From the NCBI GenBank assembly GCA_963753835.1, contig CAVWDP010000002.1, positions 99,495 to 163,494 of the forward strand: DNA of 64,000 bases. Reading direction: 5' to 3'. A program made the translations under genes and the position numbers. A model generated the notes under the pieces. That model saw nothing but the letters and a program-made list of their open reading frames with translations. It did not search any database and was not told where the DNA came from. Origin of the DNA: an uncultured Bacteroidales bacterium (GTDB lineage: Bacteria > Bacteroidota > Bacteroidia > Bacteroidales > B18-G4). Shown here piece by piece: positions 29,617 through 39,498 of the stretch (positions are counted from its first letter, which is position 1; every line of letters begins with the position of its first letter).

Positions 29617-30948
29617 ATGATGAAAAAGCTATTCGTGCTTTCGATCATTAGCCTTATGATGATCTCTGTGAATTTTGGTCAGAAGCCTTCGATAGACCTC
29701 TCGTTTACTTCTGTTAATGATACTGCCTGGATTCAGATGGACAGTATCAGGTTGGTCAACCGCACCCTGGGAGGTGATACCGTGTTGTATTATCCCGATA
29801 CAGTGCTGTCTGTAAATTATGTCGGTATTTCTGAAATTTCAAATAAGATGAAAGGATTTCAGGTTTTCCAGAACTATCCCAACCCCGTTACAAACCAGAC
29901 CAAGATTACCATGTTCGTGCCTGAAAAGGACAACATTAGCGTGATTGTTGCAGACATGTTGGGAAGGATTATATTAAAATCTAGCAGGACTCTAGATAAA
30001 GGGATGCATGCCTTCAGATTCACACCCGGAGGTGGAAATCTATATTTTTTCACGGCACAATGGAGGGGAAACAATAGCAGTATTAAGATCCTGCAGGCAG
30101 GGGGTAATCCAGGAGGCTCGAAATCACTTGAATACATAGGCGGTGAGTACACATCTCCACAGACAATGATAAAGAAAACTATTCAGGGATTTGTTTTCAA
30201 CCCCGGTGATGAACTGCTGTACATCGGTTATGCCGGTGGTTTGCAGTCCGGCTTTCTTGACAAGCCGGAGGAAAGCCATGCTTATGCCTTCCAATTTGCC
30301 ACAAATATCCCCTGCCCGGGAACACCCTTGGTGGAATACGAAGGGAAGGTGTATAATACCATTCAAATTTTCAGCCAATGCTGGCTGAAAGAAAACCTGA
30401 ATGTTGGAATAATGATTAATGGAATGGTAGAAATGACGGACAATGGAATTATAGAGAAATACTGTTATTATAATGATACAAACAGATGTAATCAATACGG
30501 CGGTCTTTACCAGTGGGATGAGATGATGACATATTCCACACAATCAGGAGCCCAGGGAATTTGCCCCCCTGACTGGCATTTGCCTTCGGATGAGGAATGG
30601 AAGGTGTTGGAGGGGGCAGTAGACAGTCTATATGAAATTGGAGATCCAATATGGAACCTTTATGGGCTCAGGGGTTTTAATGCAGGAACTAATCTTAAGT
30701 CAACGACCGGATGGTCAGGTATTGGCAATGGTTCCGGTCTGTTTATGTTTGCAGGTCTGCCAGGAGGTTATCGTTACAGCGATGGTTATTTCTATTATAC
30801 CAACCTTCATGCTCTATGGTGGTCATCAACTGATGGTAATGCAACGAGCGCATGGAATCGTTATCTCAGCTATAATAATCCGATAGTGGATCGTGACTTT
30901 GGCAACAACAAGGGATTCGGTTTCAGTGTCCGCTGTATCAAAGATTGA
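29617..30948 (+). CDS. Secreted protein with internal T9SS-sorting-like domain and C-terminal FISUMP (Fibrobacter succinogenes major paralogous) domain
   Basis: 443 aa. Residues around 83-160 read FQNYPNPVTNQTKITMF...GMHAFRF...NLYFFTA...SIKIL (CTD-like). The C-terminal part reads CWLKENLNVG...YGGLYQWDEMM...CPPDWHLPSDEEW...GFGFSVRCIKD. Confidence 0.7.
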   Translation: MMKKLFVLSIISLMMISVNFGQKPSIDLSFTSVNDTAWIQMDSIRLVNRTLGGDTVLYYPDTVLSVNYVGISEISNKMKGFQVFQNYPNPVTNQTKITMFVPEKDNISVIVADMLGRIILKSSRTLDKGMHAFRFTPGGGNLYFFTAQWRGNNSSIKILQAGGNPGGSKSLEYIGGEYTSPQTMIKKTIQGFVFNPGDELLYIGYAGGLQSGFLDKPEESHAYAFQFATNIPCPGTPLVEYEGKVYNTIQIFSQCWLKENLNVGIMINGMVEMTDNGIIEKYCYYNDTNRCNQYGGLYQWDEMMTYSTQSGAQGICPPDWHLPSDEEWKVLEGAVDSLYEIGDPIWNLYGLRGFNAGTNLKSTTGWSGIGNGSGLFMFAGLPGGYRYSDGYFYYTNLHALWWSSTDGNATSAWNRYLSYNNPIVDRDFGNNKGFGFSVRCIKD

Positions 30949-31035
30949 TATCAAATCTTTACACTTGCTCTGTCGCCACCATATTAATTTAGTTATTTAT
31001 TTCTGGTTTAAATATGACATAAGTATAGTGCGAGG

Positions 31036-31355
31036 CCCTTTTTTGATATCTGATACTCGATACTTGATACTTGATATTTGAAGTTTTCTGATCAGCCAGT
31101 TAAGTACTACCGGTCATCCTGCATCGCCCGCCGAAACCTTGGTGGAGGCGGGAGAGCCGCAGCGCGAAGCGATGCAAAGGAGGGAACTGTTGGCGGTTAG
31201 CACCTCCCTATCATAAAGCACCCCTTCACTAAACTCCAAACTGTCAAACTCCAAATTAATCCAACACTCACTTCGTCCGCCGAAGTTTTAACGAAGGCGG
31301 AACACCCAACACTTTCCCGCGAATGCGGGAAAAACGGTGGTTTATTTGGTCAAGG
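31036..31355 (+). repeat. Modular intergenic repeat, copy 3 (A-B-C-E-F-G)
   Basis: Near-identical to copy 2 through A-B-C-E. It then has hairpins TCCGCCGAAGTTTTAACGAAGGCGGA and TTCCCGCGAATGCGGGAA, followed by GGTGGTTTATTTGGTCA. Confidence 0.9.
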
Positions 31356-31501
31356 GGTGAAATCTTATTCAGTTTAACGTTTGGTGTAAGAAGAGTAGCC
31401 GAAAGCGGAAGTAAAAACTTTCAGTTTACTGCAAATTTTATGCGGGCTGCAATGTTCATATTTAATACAATCTCGGCTATTATTTTTATACTTTGTTGTG
31501 C

Positions 31502-32570
31502 TTAGTACTTGTTCAATTTTTTGTCCTTTTTGTAATTTTTTATCATTTTCCCAAAATCCTTGTCTTTCTTACGTTTTTCAGCAACAGTCGATTCAAAATG
31601 TTCTTTTTCCCGTTCCATTTTCAAGTAGTTTTCATAGGACGATTTATCTATTTCTCCACTTTCTACGCTTGCTATAACTGCACAGTCAATTTCTGTTGTA
31701 TGTGTGCAATCTTTAAATTTGCAATCTTTGGATAGTTCTACTATTGTTTCAAATGTAATTTCTAATCCATCTGTTGAATCTGCAATCCCAACTTCTCTCA
31801 TTCCAGGATTGTCAATTAAAATCCCTCCATTTTCGAGAACCAACAATTCACGGTGACTTGTAACGTGTCGTCCTTTGTTTGTACTTGTACTAATTGTGTT
31901 TGTTTTCATAAATTGTTTACCTGAAAGATTGTTCACAAGAGTTGATTTTCCTACTCCTGATGAACCTAACAAGCAGTAAGTTTTACCTTTTATGATACTT
32001 ATCTTTTAGTCTATCGATTCCTATTAGGGTTTCATTGCTTATAGTAATTACAGGTACTTGCTTAATTCTATCTTGAACATTAGCAATCAACTTTGTTAAT
32101 TCTCTATCTTCTATCAGGTCAATCTTGTTGAGAATGATAATTGGTTTTACGTTGGATGTATTGCAAATAGTCAGGTACCTTTCTATTCGGTTGATGTTAA
32201 AATCCCTGTCAACTGCTTGTACAATAAAAGCAAAGTCAATATTTGTTGCTATAATTTGTTTTTCGCCTTGTTTGCCAACTGCTTGTCTTTCAATGATGGT
32301 ATTTCTTGGAAAAATGGAATGAATAAGTACTTTATCTTCATCATATTCAGAAATTGCAACCCAGTCACCAACAGCAGGGAAATCAGACCTTTTATGTGCC
32401 GAAAATCTTAAATTTCCGATTATTTCAGCATCATATTCATTTTCGGTAGTTTTTACAACGTATCTTTCCTTGTGTTCGGAAATAACTCGTCCCACTCCAA
32501 ATGAATCAAGATTTTGGTCCTTTCGGTAATTTTCCAATTCTATATTATATCCTAAATCTTCAAGTGTCAT
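31502..32570 (-). pseudogene. rsgA: Ribosome small-subunit-dependent GTPase A, frame break in an A4 run
   Basis: ORF 31983..32570 (OB-fold N-terminus and circularly permuted G4 NKIDL) and ORF 31502..31972 (GSSGVGKST, DNPG, C-terminal Cys cluster CKFKDCTH..C). The frame carrying GKTYCLLGSSGVGKS is reached by one A fewer/more at 31988-31991. AT-rich. Confidence 0.8.
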
Positions 32571-32593
32571 TTCTTTTCTCCTGTATTAAGCAC

Positions 32594-33238
32594 AACTTGT
32601 TTATTGATTCACCTTTATTATCATTATATGTCTAAATTGGGGTTGTAATGGTAATGATATGTGCTATTATGTTTCAAAATCCTCTATTGGGGTTTTGACT
32701 TAATTAAACAGCTTATCAGTAAAGATAAAAAATATTGGTGCTGCAACTTCCACCAAAAAAGAGGAGCGGTAAAAAAGGGGCGCACGTTGTGCAGCCCCTT
32801 TTTTGATATCTGATATCTGATATTTGAAGTTTGAAGTTTCTGCTCCGCCAGTTGAGCGCACCTGTCATCCTGCATCGCCCGCTGTAGCTTTAGCGAAAGC
32901 GGGAGAGTTGCGGAGCGAGCGTAGCAAGTGACGAGGGACCCCCATCAGTTTTGCACCTCGCTATCATGCAGCACCTCTTCTATTAAACTCCAAACTGTCA
33001 AACACAAAATTTCAAAAAAATACCAAACTGTCAAACTCCAAATTCCAAATTAATCCATCACTATATTCCCCATCCATCATCCACTGTGTCCTCTGTAGCT
33101 ATCCGCGAGCGCAGAAGCTACTCAGCGGAGGCGCTAGCGAAAGAGGATAATTCATCATCCATAATTATTTCCGCGAATGCGGAAATCCCGCCCCGGTTGC
33201 CTGGGACCGGAATAAAATCGTTCCTTTATTTGGTCACG
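32594..33238 (+). repeat. Modular intergenic repeat, copy 4 (165-bp AT-rich leader, tRNA 3-prime-like fragment, T-A-B-C-E-F, extra multi-stem module, G)
   Basis: 32594-32870 and 32933-33062 are identical to 37751-38027 and 38048-38177. 32759-32935 is nearly identical to 27259-27455. Extra module TCCTCTGTAGCT..AGCTAC..AGAGGA at 33089-33147. Confidence 0.9.
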
Positions 33239-33371
33239 TTTTGAAATCTAATTCTGTTTTAACGGTCGAGGGTATGTGACGTAAGGGATTGCGGAGCAGT
33301 TTCCTGTCCGCTGATACAAAAGTTTGAGTGGGCTACAATCCTTGAAATAATTGCTATCACAGCTATTATTT

Positions 33372-34459
33372 TTATACATTGTTAGGTGGAGTTTTTTCTT
33401 CGTCTTGTGTATTTAATCTGTCGATTATATTATATTTCGCCTGTCTTTTCTTCCACCTATCCCTTGCATATTTTTGCATGTCAACTATGGTATCGGTTTC
33501 ATCAATTATTTCAAGACCTAGCAAAGTTTCAATAATATCTTCCATTGTTACAATTCCGTCAAAACCACCATATTCATCTACAATTAATGCAATATGTTCT
33601 TTTTTTTCCAATAGTTTTTCCCACAAAGCAAAAAGTTCTATACTATATGGAACAATAACTATCTCTCGTTTAATATCTTTCAGTTTTAATTCATGTTGGT
33701 CTTCGGCTAGTTTTTCAAAAACTTCCTGCCTAAAAACATATCCTGTTATGTTTTCTTCATTTTCTGAATATATAGGAATACGTGAAAATTTTAGATAATC
33801 TTTATTCTTAAAAAAATCTTTTAAGGATAATTTCTCATCGGCAACAGCAACAACAACTCTTGGGGTCATAATTTCTGCTACTTTCACATTTTTGAGCCGA
33901 AGTAAATTTTGAATTATTTTATGTTCATTATTTGAAAAAACACCTTCATCTGCTCCTATATTTGCTAATGCTGCAATTTCCTCTCGGCTAGTAGTTTGCT
34001 CTTGTCTGTTTTTTGAATAAGTTTCGTAATGACTGCTGACATTACAACCAATGGATAGGTAATAATTATCATACCTTGTATAATTCGAGAAGAAATCATG
34101 GCTAGATTTCGCCAATATCTGGCTCCAATTGTTTTTGGAATAATTTCGGTAATTACTAGAATTAAAATTGTTAAAATAGCTGATATAATTCCAAAAGAAG
34201 CTTCACCAAATACTTTAACTGCTTGTGCTCCAACTCCAGCGGCACCAACTGTATGTGCTACGGTATTTAATGATAAAATTGCAGATAAAGGCTTGTCAAT
34301 ATTGGTTTTTAAATCAACAAATGATTTTGCCCAGGTATTTCCTTCTTCATGCTTAACAATCAAGAAGGATTGTGGTGTTGAAAGAAGCACGGCTTCCATT
34401 ATAGAACAAAGAAATGAAACAACAAGAGCAAGAAATAAATAGAATAAAAGTAATATCAT
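33372..34459 (-). pseudogene. CNNM/CorC-HlyC family protein (DUF21 TM domain plus CBS pair), frame break in a 6-nt homopolymer
   Basis: ORF 33965..34459 (DUF21-like TM helices) and ORF 33372..34115 (SREEIAAL...IMTPR, CBS pair, DEYGG..GIVTMEDIIE). The frames join at the T6 run at 34009-34014. The last about 8 codons and the stop lie in sequence shared with the rsgA 3-prime flank. Confidence 0.75.
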
Positions 34460-34661
34460 GTATTTTCTTTCAAAATTACGACAGTATGAATTAATTTAGG
34501 ATGATGTCTTCGTTAAAATACCACCTAGCGGTTCTAATATGGGGCGTTGGGCATTTTGAAACACCTACCTATCAAACCGCAATATGTTTTATTAAATGTT
34601 CTCATTTTCAATTTTGCCAATCCGCCCAATGACCTATATTTATTGTTATCAACAGAATGTG

Positions 34662-35816
34662 CTATTTCTGTTGATTTAACCAAATTTCATTAGAGTATTC
34701 ATTGGAACCACCATCAAAATTTGAAATAAAAACATCATTAATCCCATCATTATTAAGATCTTTAATTATAGGACGCTGAAAAAGATTTTTGCTTCCGATT
34801 ATAGAATCACTCTCTGTAAAATTCCCATTTCCATCATTATACCAGATTCTGTTTGCTTCGCCTAAACTTGTAATAAATAGATCTAATGAGCCATCACCAT
34901 TTAAATCTCCTATCCCAATTCTTCCAAAAATAGCAGGAGATAGTTTTTGTTCACTATAAGTAAATATCCCTTTTCCATTGTTTAATAATATTTTCGAGGG
35001 AGTACTAAAATTACGGGTGCCATTTGTTAATATGATATCCAAATCGTTATCATTATCTATATCTCCGGATACAAAAGAACCATAAATTATTGTAGTGTCT
35101 TTCATAGTCCAATATTTCATAAAGTTCCCCCCATCATTAATTAGAGATTCGAAACCACTTCCTACTTGTCTGGAGAATATATCCATATCCCCATCATTAT
35201 CCACATCAAGAAGCAGTGGATTTTTAGGAATTGTAACGTCACTTTTGGTGAATTCTCCATTTCCATTATTCAAATACAAAATATTTGCTGCCGAATTGTA
35301 TTCTATTATGGCGTCAATATCTCCATCGGAATCCATATCAGCTAATTGTATTGCATTACCACTAAACTTTTCATCGCCAAGGTTTTGCTTGCTATCATAA
35401 AACTGCCCCTTACCGTTGTTAAAATAAATTTTGCTAGGGATTTCATTATATTTTTCTTCATTTTCGCTTTTATAACCCGCACATACAATAAATATATCAG
35501 GACTGCCATCACCATTTAAGTCATCAATACCAACACCATGACCCTGTTGAGTGAGTTTTTGACCGGAATCTGTAAAGTTACCATTCCCATCATTGAACAA
35601 TATTTGACTATGATTATATCCCATATTGGCGCACACGGCATCTAAATCCCCATCCATATCCAAATCCTCAAGTCCAATTTGATAGGTGCTTTTCTTATGT
35701 GAATATTGGTTGTTTTTTTTGAGATTAACAATGGTCTTTTGGGCATAAATACTATTCAAACAACTGCATGCCATAATAGAATAAATCAATAGATTTTTAA
35801 GTGAATTTACTACCAT
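34662..35816 (-). CDS. FG-GAP/VCBS repeat (CRTAC1/ASPIC-like) secreted protein
   Basis: 384 aa with at least 7 repeats carrying DxDxDGDxD calcium-binding loops (DLDMDGDLDAV, DDLNGDGSPDIF, ADMDSDGDIDAI, GDLNGDGSLDLF...). AT-rich. Confidence 0.8.
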   Translation of the reverse strand: MVVNSLKNLLIYSIMACSCLNSIYAQKTIVNLKKNNQYSHKKSTYQIGLEDLDMDGDLDAVCANMGYNHSQILFNDGNGNFTDSGQKLTQQGHGVGIDDLNGDGSPDIFIVCAGYKSENEEKYNEIPSKIYFNNGKGQFYDSKQNLGDEKFSGNAIQLADMDSDGDIDAIIEYNSAANILYLNNGNGEFTKSDVTIPKNPLLLDVDNDGDMDIFSRQVGSGFESLINDGGNFMKYWTMKDTTIIYGSFVSGDIDNDNDLDIILTNGTRNFSTPSKILLNNGKGIFTYSEQKLSPAIFGRIGIGDLNGDGSLDLFITSLGEANRIWYNDGNGNFTESDSIIGSKNLFQRPIIKDLNNDGINDVFISNFDGGSNEYSNEIWLNQQK

Positions 35817-35838
35817 GTTTATTTCCTTTTATTTTGTT

Positions 35839-35858
35839 GATAACGGATGGGGCTATGA
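35839..35858 (-). promoter_or_regulatory. CATAGC-N6-CCGTTATC motif upstream of FG-GAP gene
   Basis: The minus strand reads TCATAGCCCCATCCGTTATCAAC, 22 nt upstream of the ATG at 35816. Related to GCCATAGCAGCGGCCGTTATCGG (27747) and GCCATAGCAGCGGCCGTTGGC (revcomp of 45151). Confidence 0.4.
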
Positions 35859-36134
35859 AGCGTCCCGAGTCCTCGGGATGCGATATTAGCCTGTGTTATG
35901 TTTAGTATTTATTCTAAATTCCCTTTTAATCAAACTTCATTTTATTTATTTCAAATAAATAGGTAGTCTGTAAATTTACTCACTTATTCTTTTTACTACA
36001 GACGAATTCAATGTATTTTTATGGTTTTATATCAATCTCCAGCTGATATAATGCCGTAAGAAGAATGACAGGAAGGCCCCGATTGATTTAGACTGTGATT
36101 CCTGAAATGCTTTTAAGTCAACAATAAATGGGTT

Positions 36135-37119
36135 TTACCTGATTACAAACTGTGAGGTCAGTACACCATCATCAGTGTAGAATACAACTGTGTACACACC
36201 ACTTTTCAAGTCAGATGTATTTATCGTTACGTTAAAGTTGCTTATCTCAATAGCTTCGACTAGTTTTCCGGTGACATCGATTATCTCAATCCTGTTAACA
36301 TCAGATAATTCATTTATATTCAACTTGTCCGCTTGCGGGGTTCGGATAAATAACATATTCAGCCCTTGTTTTGGATTCAAAAATACCGGGAATACAGTAC
36401 ACCCCAGACATCATTCACTGTCATCCATGTTGTATCAATAACAGTTATCATGCGATTTCCACTAACAAGTTCTTCACCATTGTCCCAGCTGGGTTCATTG
36501 TTAATAATACGGTAATATTTATATTCATAATCACCTTGATATAAATACAGACCGTGGGTATAAATATAGTCATCGACTTCACCAAATGGAGCCATCTTGT
36601 ATTGGGGGATAGTACCTGGCATAGCCCAATTATTGGCCAGGCTTCCTGCAATATATAGAAATTCTATCGCCGGATTGAAACCCTCCACTTCCATCAAATC
36701 AATCCAAAAATATACTGCTACAGGTTTATCACTCCAGTAATCACTATAAATTGATTTCTTCCGTAAGGATGATGTCTACGGTTGGGGTCACCCTCCCATT
36801 CATCATTATCCCAACTTGCTTCGCCGTTGATAACACGAAAATATTTATACAAGATCTCCCCAGAATCCACTTCCACGCGTAAGTTCATAAACATTTAGGT
36901 CCAATCCGAGTATTAATTTATAGGTCGGATCATCGCCGGGTTTCTCCCAATCAGTAAATGTACCAGAGATATATACTTCATCTGTTGTCGGATTAAATTC
37001 TTCGGATTCACTCATGTCGACTTTAAAAGTGACTGTAAAATTAGTTTGTCCAAATGCAACAGATCCCAGTAAGCAAAACAGACAAAAGTGTAAAAATAGT
37101 TAACGTAGTATGTTTTCAT
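36135..37119 (-). pseudogene. Degraded T9SS cargo gene (tandem carbohydrate-binding-like domains plus CTD), multiple frame breaks/stops
   Basis: ATG at 37119 gives an N-terminal hydrophobic stretch. Fragments 36377..36697 (YEYKYYRIINNEPSWDNGE) and 36135..36380 (CTD ...LKSGVYTVVFYTDDGVLTSQFVIR) are in different frames. 36700-37100 has a second copy of the domain broken by stops. Confidence 0.65.
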
Positions 37120-37384
37120 AATGCATAGTTTTTACTCCATAAAGATAATCAAGAAAAATGCAAAATGTACCATAGTAAGTAATCAAATAATGAGACTATT
37201 TCGAACTATCCCATTAAACAGGGTTGTCAGGTAAATTCTTTTATTGAAATACGTTATGATTTGTGGTAACTTTTTAAACCAATCACAACAGTTTTTATGA
37301 TTGGAATATCTTACTGAATATCTATAAACTATTCTCCAGCCTGTGAATACATCCCAATTCTATTATGTAAATAGGCATATTAAA

Positions 37385-37531
37385 CATAACGTTTGGCGGC
37401 TATGCAGCGTGCGGCCATTTTCGGCCGCATTGCTAAAATTACGAAAATATCTGGCGCATGCGGTATGAGGAGCTGTTATGGAAGCGTAGGACCGCCTGCG
37501 GGCCATGCGCCAAGGTATTGGCGCAGAATTT
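37385..37531 (-). repeat. Upstream module J, copy (about 265 nt upstream of the degraded gene start at 37119)
   Basis: Shares AAAATTACGAAAATATCT, GTTATGGAAGCGTAGGACCGCC and GCGCCAAGGTATTGGCGCAGAATTT with 45151-45285. The left end CATAACGTTTGGCGGCTATGC carries the CATAGC..GTTAT motif. Confidence 0.7.
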
Positions 37532-37750
37532 GACCTCTCGCCCCCATGGGCGAAATGCCTCTCCGCAGACTTGAAATTGGCACAACATTTCGCCCTAAAT
37601 TCTGTGCCAATACCGGGTAGGATCAGCTTTGGGATTATTGGCTTGCACGATGGCACGATTGTGCGATATTCGATTTCCGAAGGAATCAAAAACCTGCTAC
37701 AATTATTTGCAAAGGAAGATTTGGAATGTTAGGGTGGGGCTATGTTCTAT

Positions 37751-38275
37751 AACTTGTTTATTGATTCACCTTTATTATCATTATATGTCTAAATTGGGGT
37801 TGTAATGGTAATGATATGTGCTATTATGTTTCAAAATCCTCTATTGGGGTTTTGACTTAATTAAACAGCTTATCAGTAAAGATAAAAAATATTGGTGCTG
37901 CAACTTCCACCAAAAAAGAGGAGCGGTAAAAAAGGGGCGCACGTTGTGCAGCCCCTTTTTTGATATCTGATATCTGATATTTGAAGTTTGAAGTTTCTGC
38001 TCCGCCAGTTGAGCGCACCTGTCATCCCGAACCCCGAGTACTCGGGGGAGGGACCCCCATCAGTTTTGCACCTCGCTATCATGCAGCACCTCTTCTATTA
38101 AACTCCAAACTGTCAAACACAAAATTTCAAAAAAATACCAAACTGTCAAACTCCAAATTCCAAATTAATCCATCACTCACTTCGTCCGCCGAAGTTTTAA
38201 CGAAGGCGGAACACCCAACACCTTTTTCCGCTATGGCGGGGAAAACCGGTGGTTTATTCGGTAAGGGCTGGGGGC
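37751..38275 (+). repeat. Modular intergenic repeat, copy 5 (leader, tRNA 3-prime-like fragment, T-A-B-short C-E-F-G)
   Basis: Perfect duplicate of copy 4, except that the 62-nt C insert is replaced by the 20-nt CGAACCCCGAGTACTCGGGG and the sequence diverges after TAATCCATCACT. Confidence 0.9.
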
Positions 38276-38355
38276 TTTATTCTGTTTAATGGTTTTGTGG
38301 ATACCAGATATAATTGGCTTTACGTATTGTTTGGTGCAGTTTATTTTCTTTCAAA

Positions 38356-38814
38356 TCAATTTCTTAATAATATGAAAGCATTCAATGATGTAGCAATCAT
38401 TAACCAAATGACATACGGGAGAATCAATATAGATTTTAATTTTAACTCTGGCCAATAATAGAATAGAAAGAATCCAACAAGTAGGGTTAGTCCTGCTATT
38501 ATGAAGAGCCCAGCTGAAACATTGTGGTAATAAAAGAAAGTTGGGTTCCATCCTACATTCAATATCCATTGAGCTGCATATAAACCAACCAGGAGTTTTT
38601 TGTTCTCAATGACTGGCCACGCATACGCCATGTAAATACCAAAAAGAATCATGATTGTAGTCCATGCAGCTCCAAAGACCCATCCTGGAGGAGTCCATGG
38701 AGCTTTAGCCAAACTTATATACCATTCGGACGGGACTCCTTTTCCTGTAAATACCCCCCCTATTGCAAGTGCACCAAAATTGAGTGCTAAGAATATGATA
38801 AGCCTATAAATCAT
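38356..38814 (-). CDS. tspO: TspO/MBR family tryptophan-rich sensory protein
   Basis: 152 aa with five TM helices and Trp-rich motifs (APWTPPGWVFGAAWTTIM, WNPTFF). Confidence 0.85.
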   Translation of the reverse strand: MIYRLIIFLALNFGALAIGGVFTGKGVPSEWYISLAKAPWTPPGWVFGAAWTTIMILFGIYMAYAWPVIENKKLLVGLYAAQWILNVGWNPTFFYYHNVSAGLFIIAGLTLLVGFFLFYYWPELKLKSILILPYVIWLMIATSLNAFILLRN

Positions 38815-38852
38815 TCCGTTTTATGTGTTTAATCTTGGATAATATTTCTTCC

Positions 38853-39047
38853 TTACTTTTTTAGATTTCTCGGTAGAATCAATTCATATTCTTCAAATCG
38901 ATGCCTTCTAATAGGTCTGATCGTGGGATCTGTAGAAAAATATAAAAGCAGACAAGGGCTTATTGATTTGTATTCATCCACATATTCATACCCGATTAGT
39001 TCATTGTTTTTAATTCGTTGCTTAATTTTATTGTGATATGGATACAT
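38853..39047 (-). CDS. Small conserved hypothetical protein
   Basis: 64-aa ORF MYPYHNKIKQRIKNNELIGYEYVD...RPIRRHRFEEY. The pattern is recalled from small conserved bacterial proteins of unknown function. Confidence 0.45.
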   Translation of the reverse strand: MYPYHNKIKQRIKNNELIGYEYVDEYKSISPCLLLYFSTDPTIRPIRRHRFEEYELILPRNLKK

Positions 39048-39134
39048 TGAGTGTAGTGCTTAATTATATCTAATGTGTTTATATGTACCCCATTGGTAAC
39101 CATACATACCAATATAGGCTGGATAAAAACACGT

Positions 39135-39440
39135 TTATTAGTAAAGATATAAAATTTCTATTCTGCAACTTCCACCCCCAAAGGGGCTGCACAAGGTGCG
39201 CCCCTTTTTTGATATTTGAAATCTGATCCTTCGACTTCGCTCAGGACAGGTTATCTGATATTTGAAGTTTGAAGTTTCTGTTCCGCCAGTTAATTGCACT
39301 TGTCATCCCGATCCTGAGTACTCGGGAGAGGGACCTGCTGGCGTTTGCACCTCCCCATTAAAAAGCACCATTTCCCCGTCCCTTGCCCCTCGTACCCCGC
39401 ACCCCATCCATCATCCATAATTCATAATCCATAATTATTT
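39135..39440 (+). repeat. Modular intergenic repeat, copy 6 (T hairpin inverted, A with CCTTCGACTTCGCTCAGGACAGG insert, B, short C, E)
   Basis: CTGCAACTTCCACC is followed by GGGGCTGCACAAGGTGCGCCCC, which is the reverse complement of the copy 1 hairpin. Then TTTTTTGATATTTG..., GTCATCCCGATCCTGAGTACTCGGGAGAGGGACC and CTGCTGGCGTTTGCACCTCC. Confidence 0.85.
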
Positions 39441-39498
39441 TTAATCTTGACAATGGCTGGAATATCAATTGCCATTATAGTACTGGCAAACGGATTTA

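Noticed and set aside
31323-31735. ORFs 31323..31505 and 31493..31735
   Set aside because: The first lies in the repeat tail and 3-prime flank of rsgA. The second is an antisense shadow of the rsgA C-terminal fragment, with a Phe/Ile-rich translation typical of AT-rich antisense.
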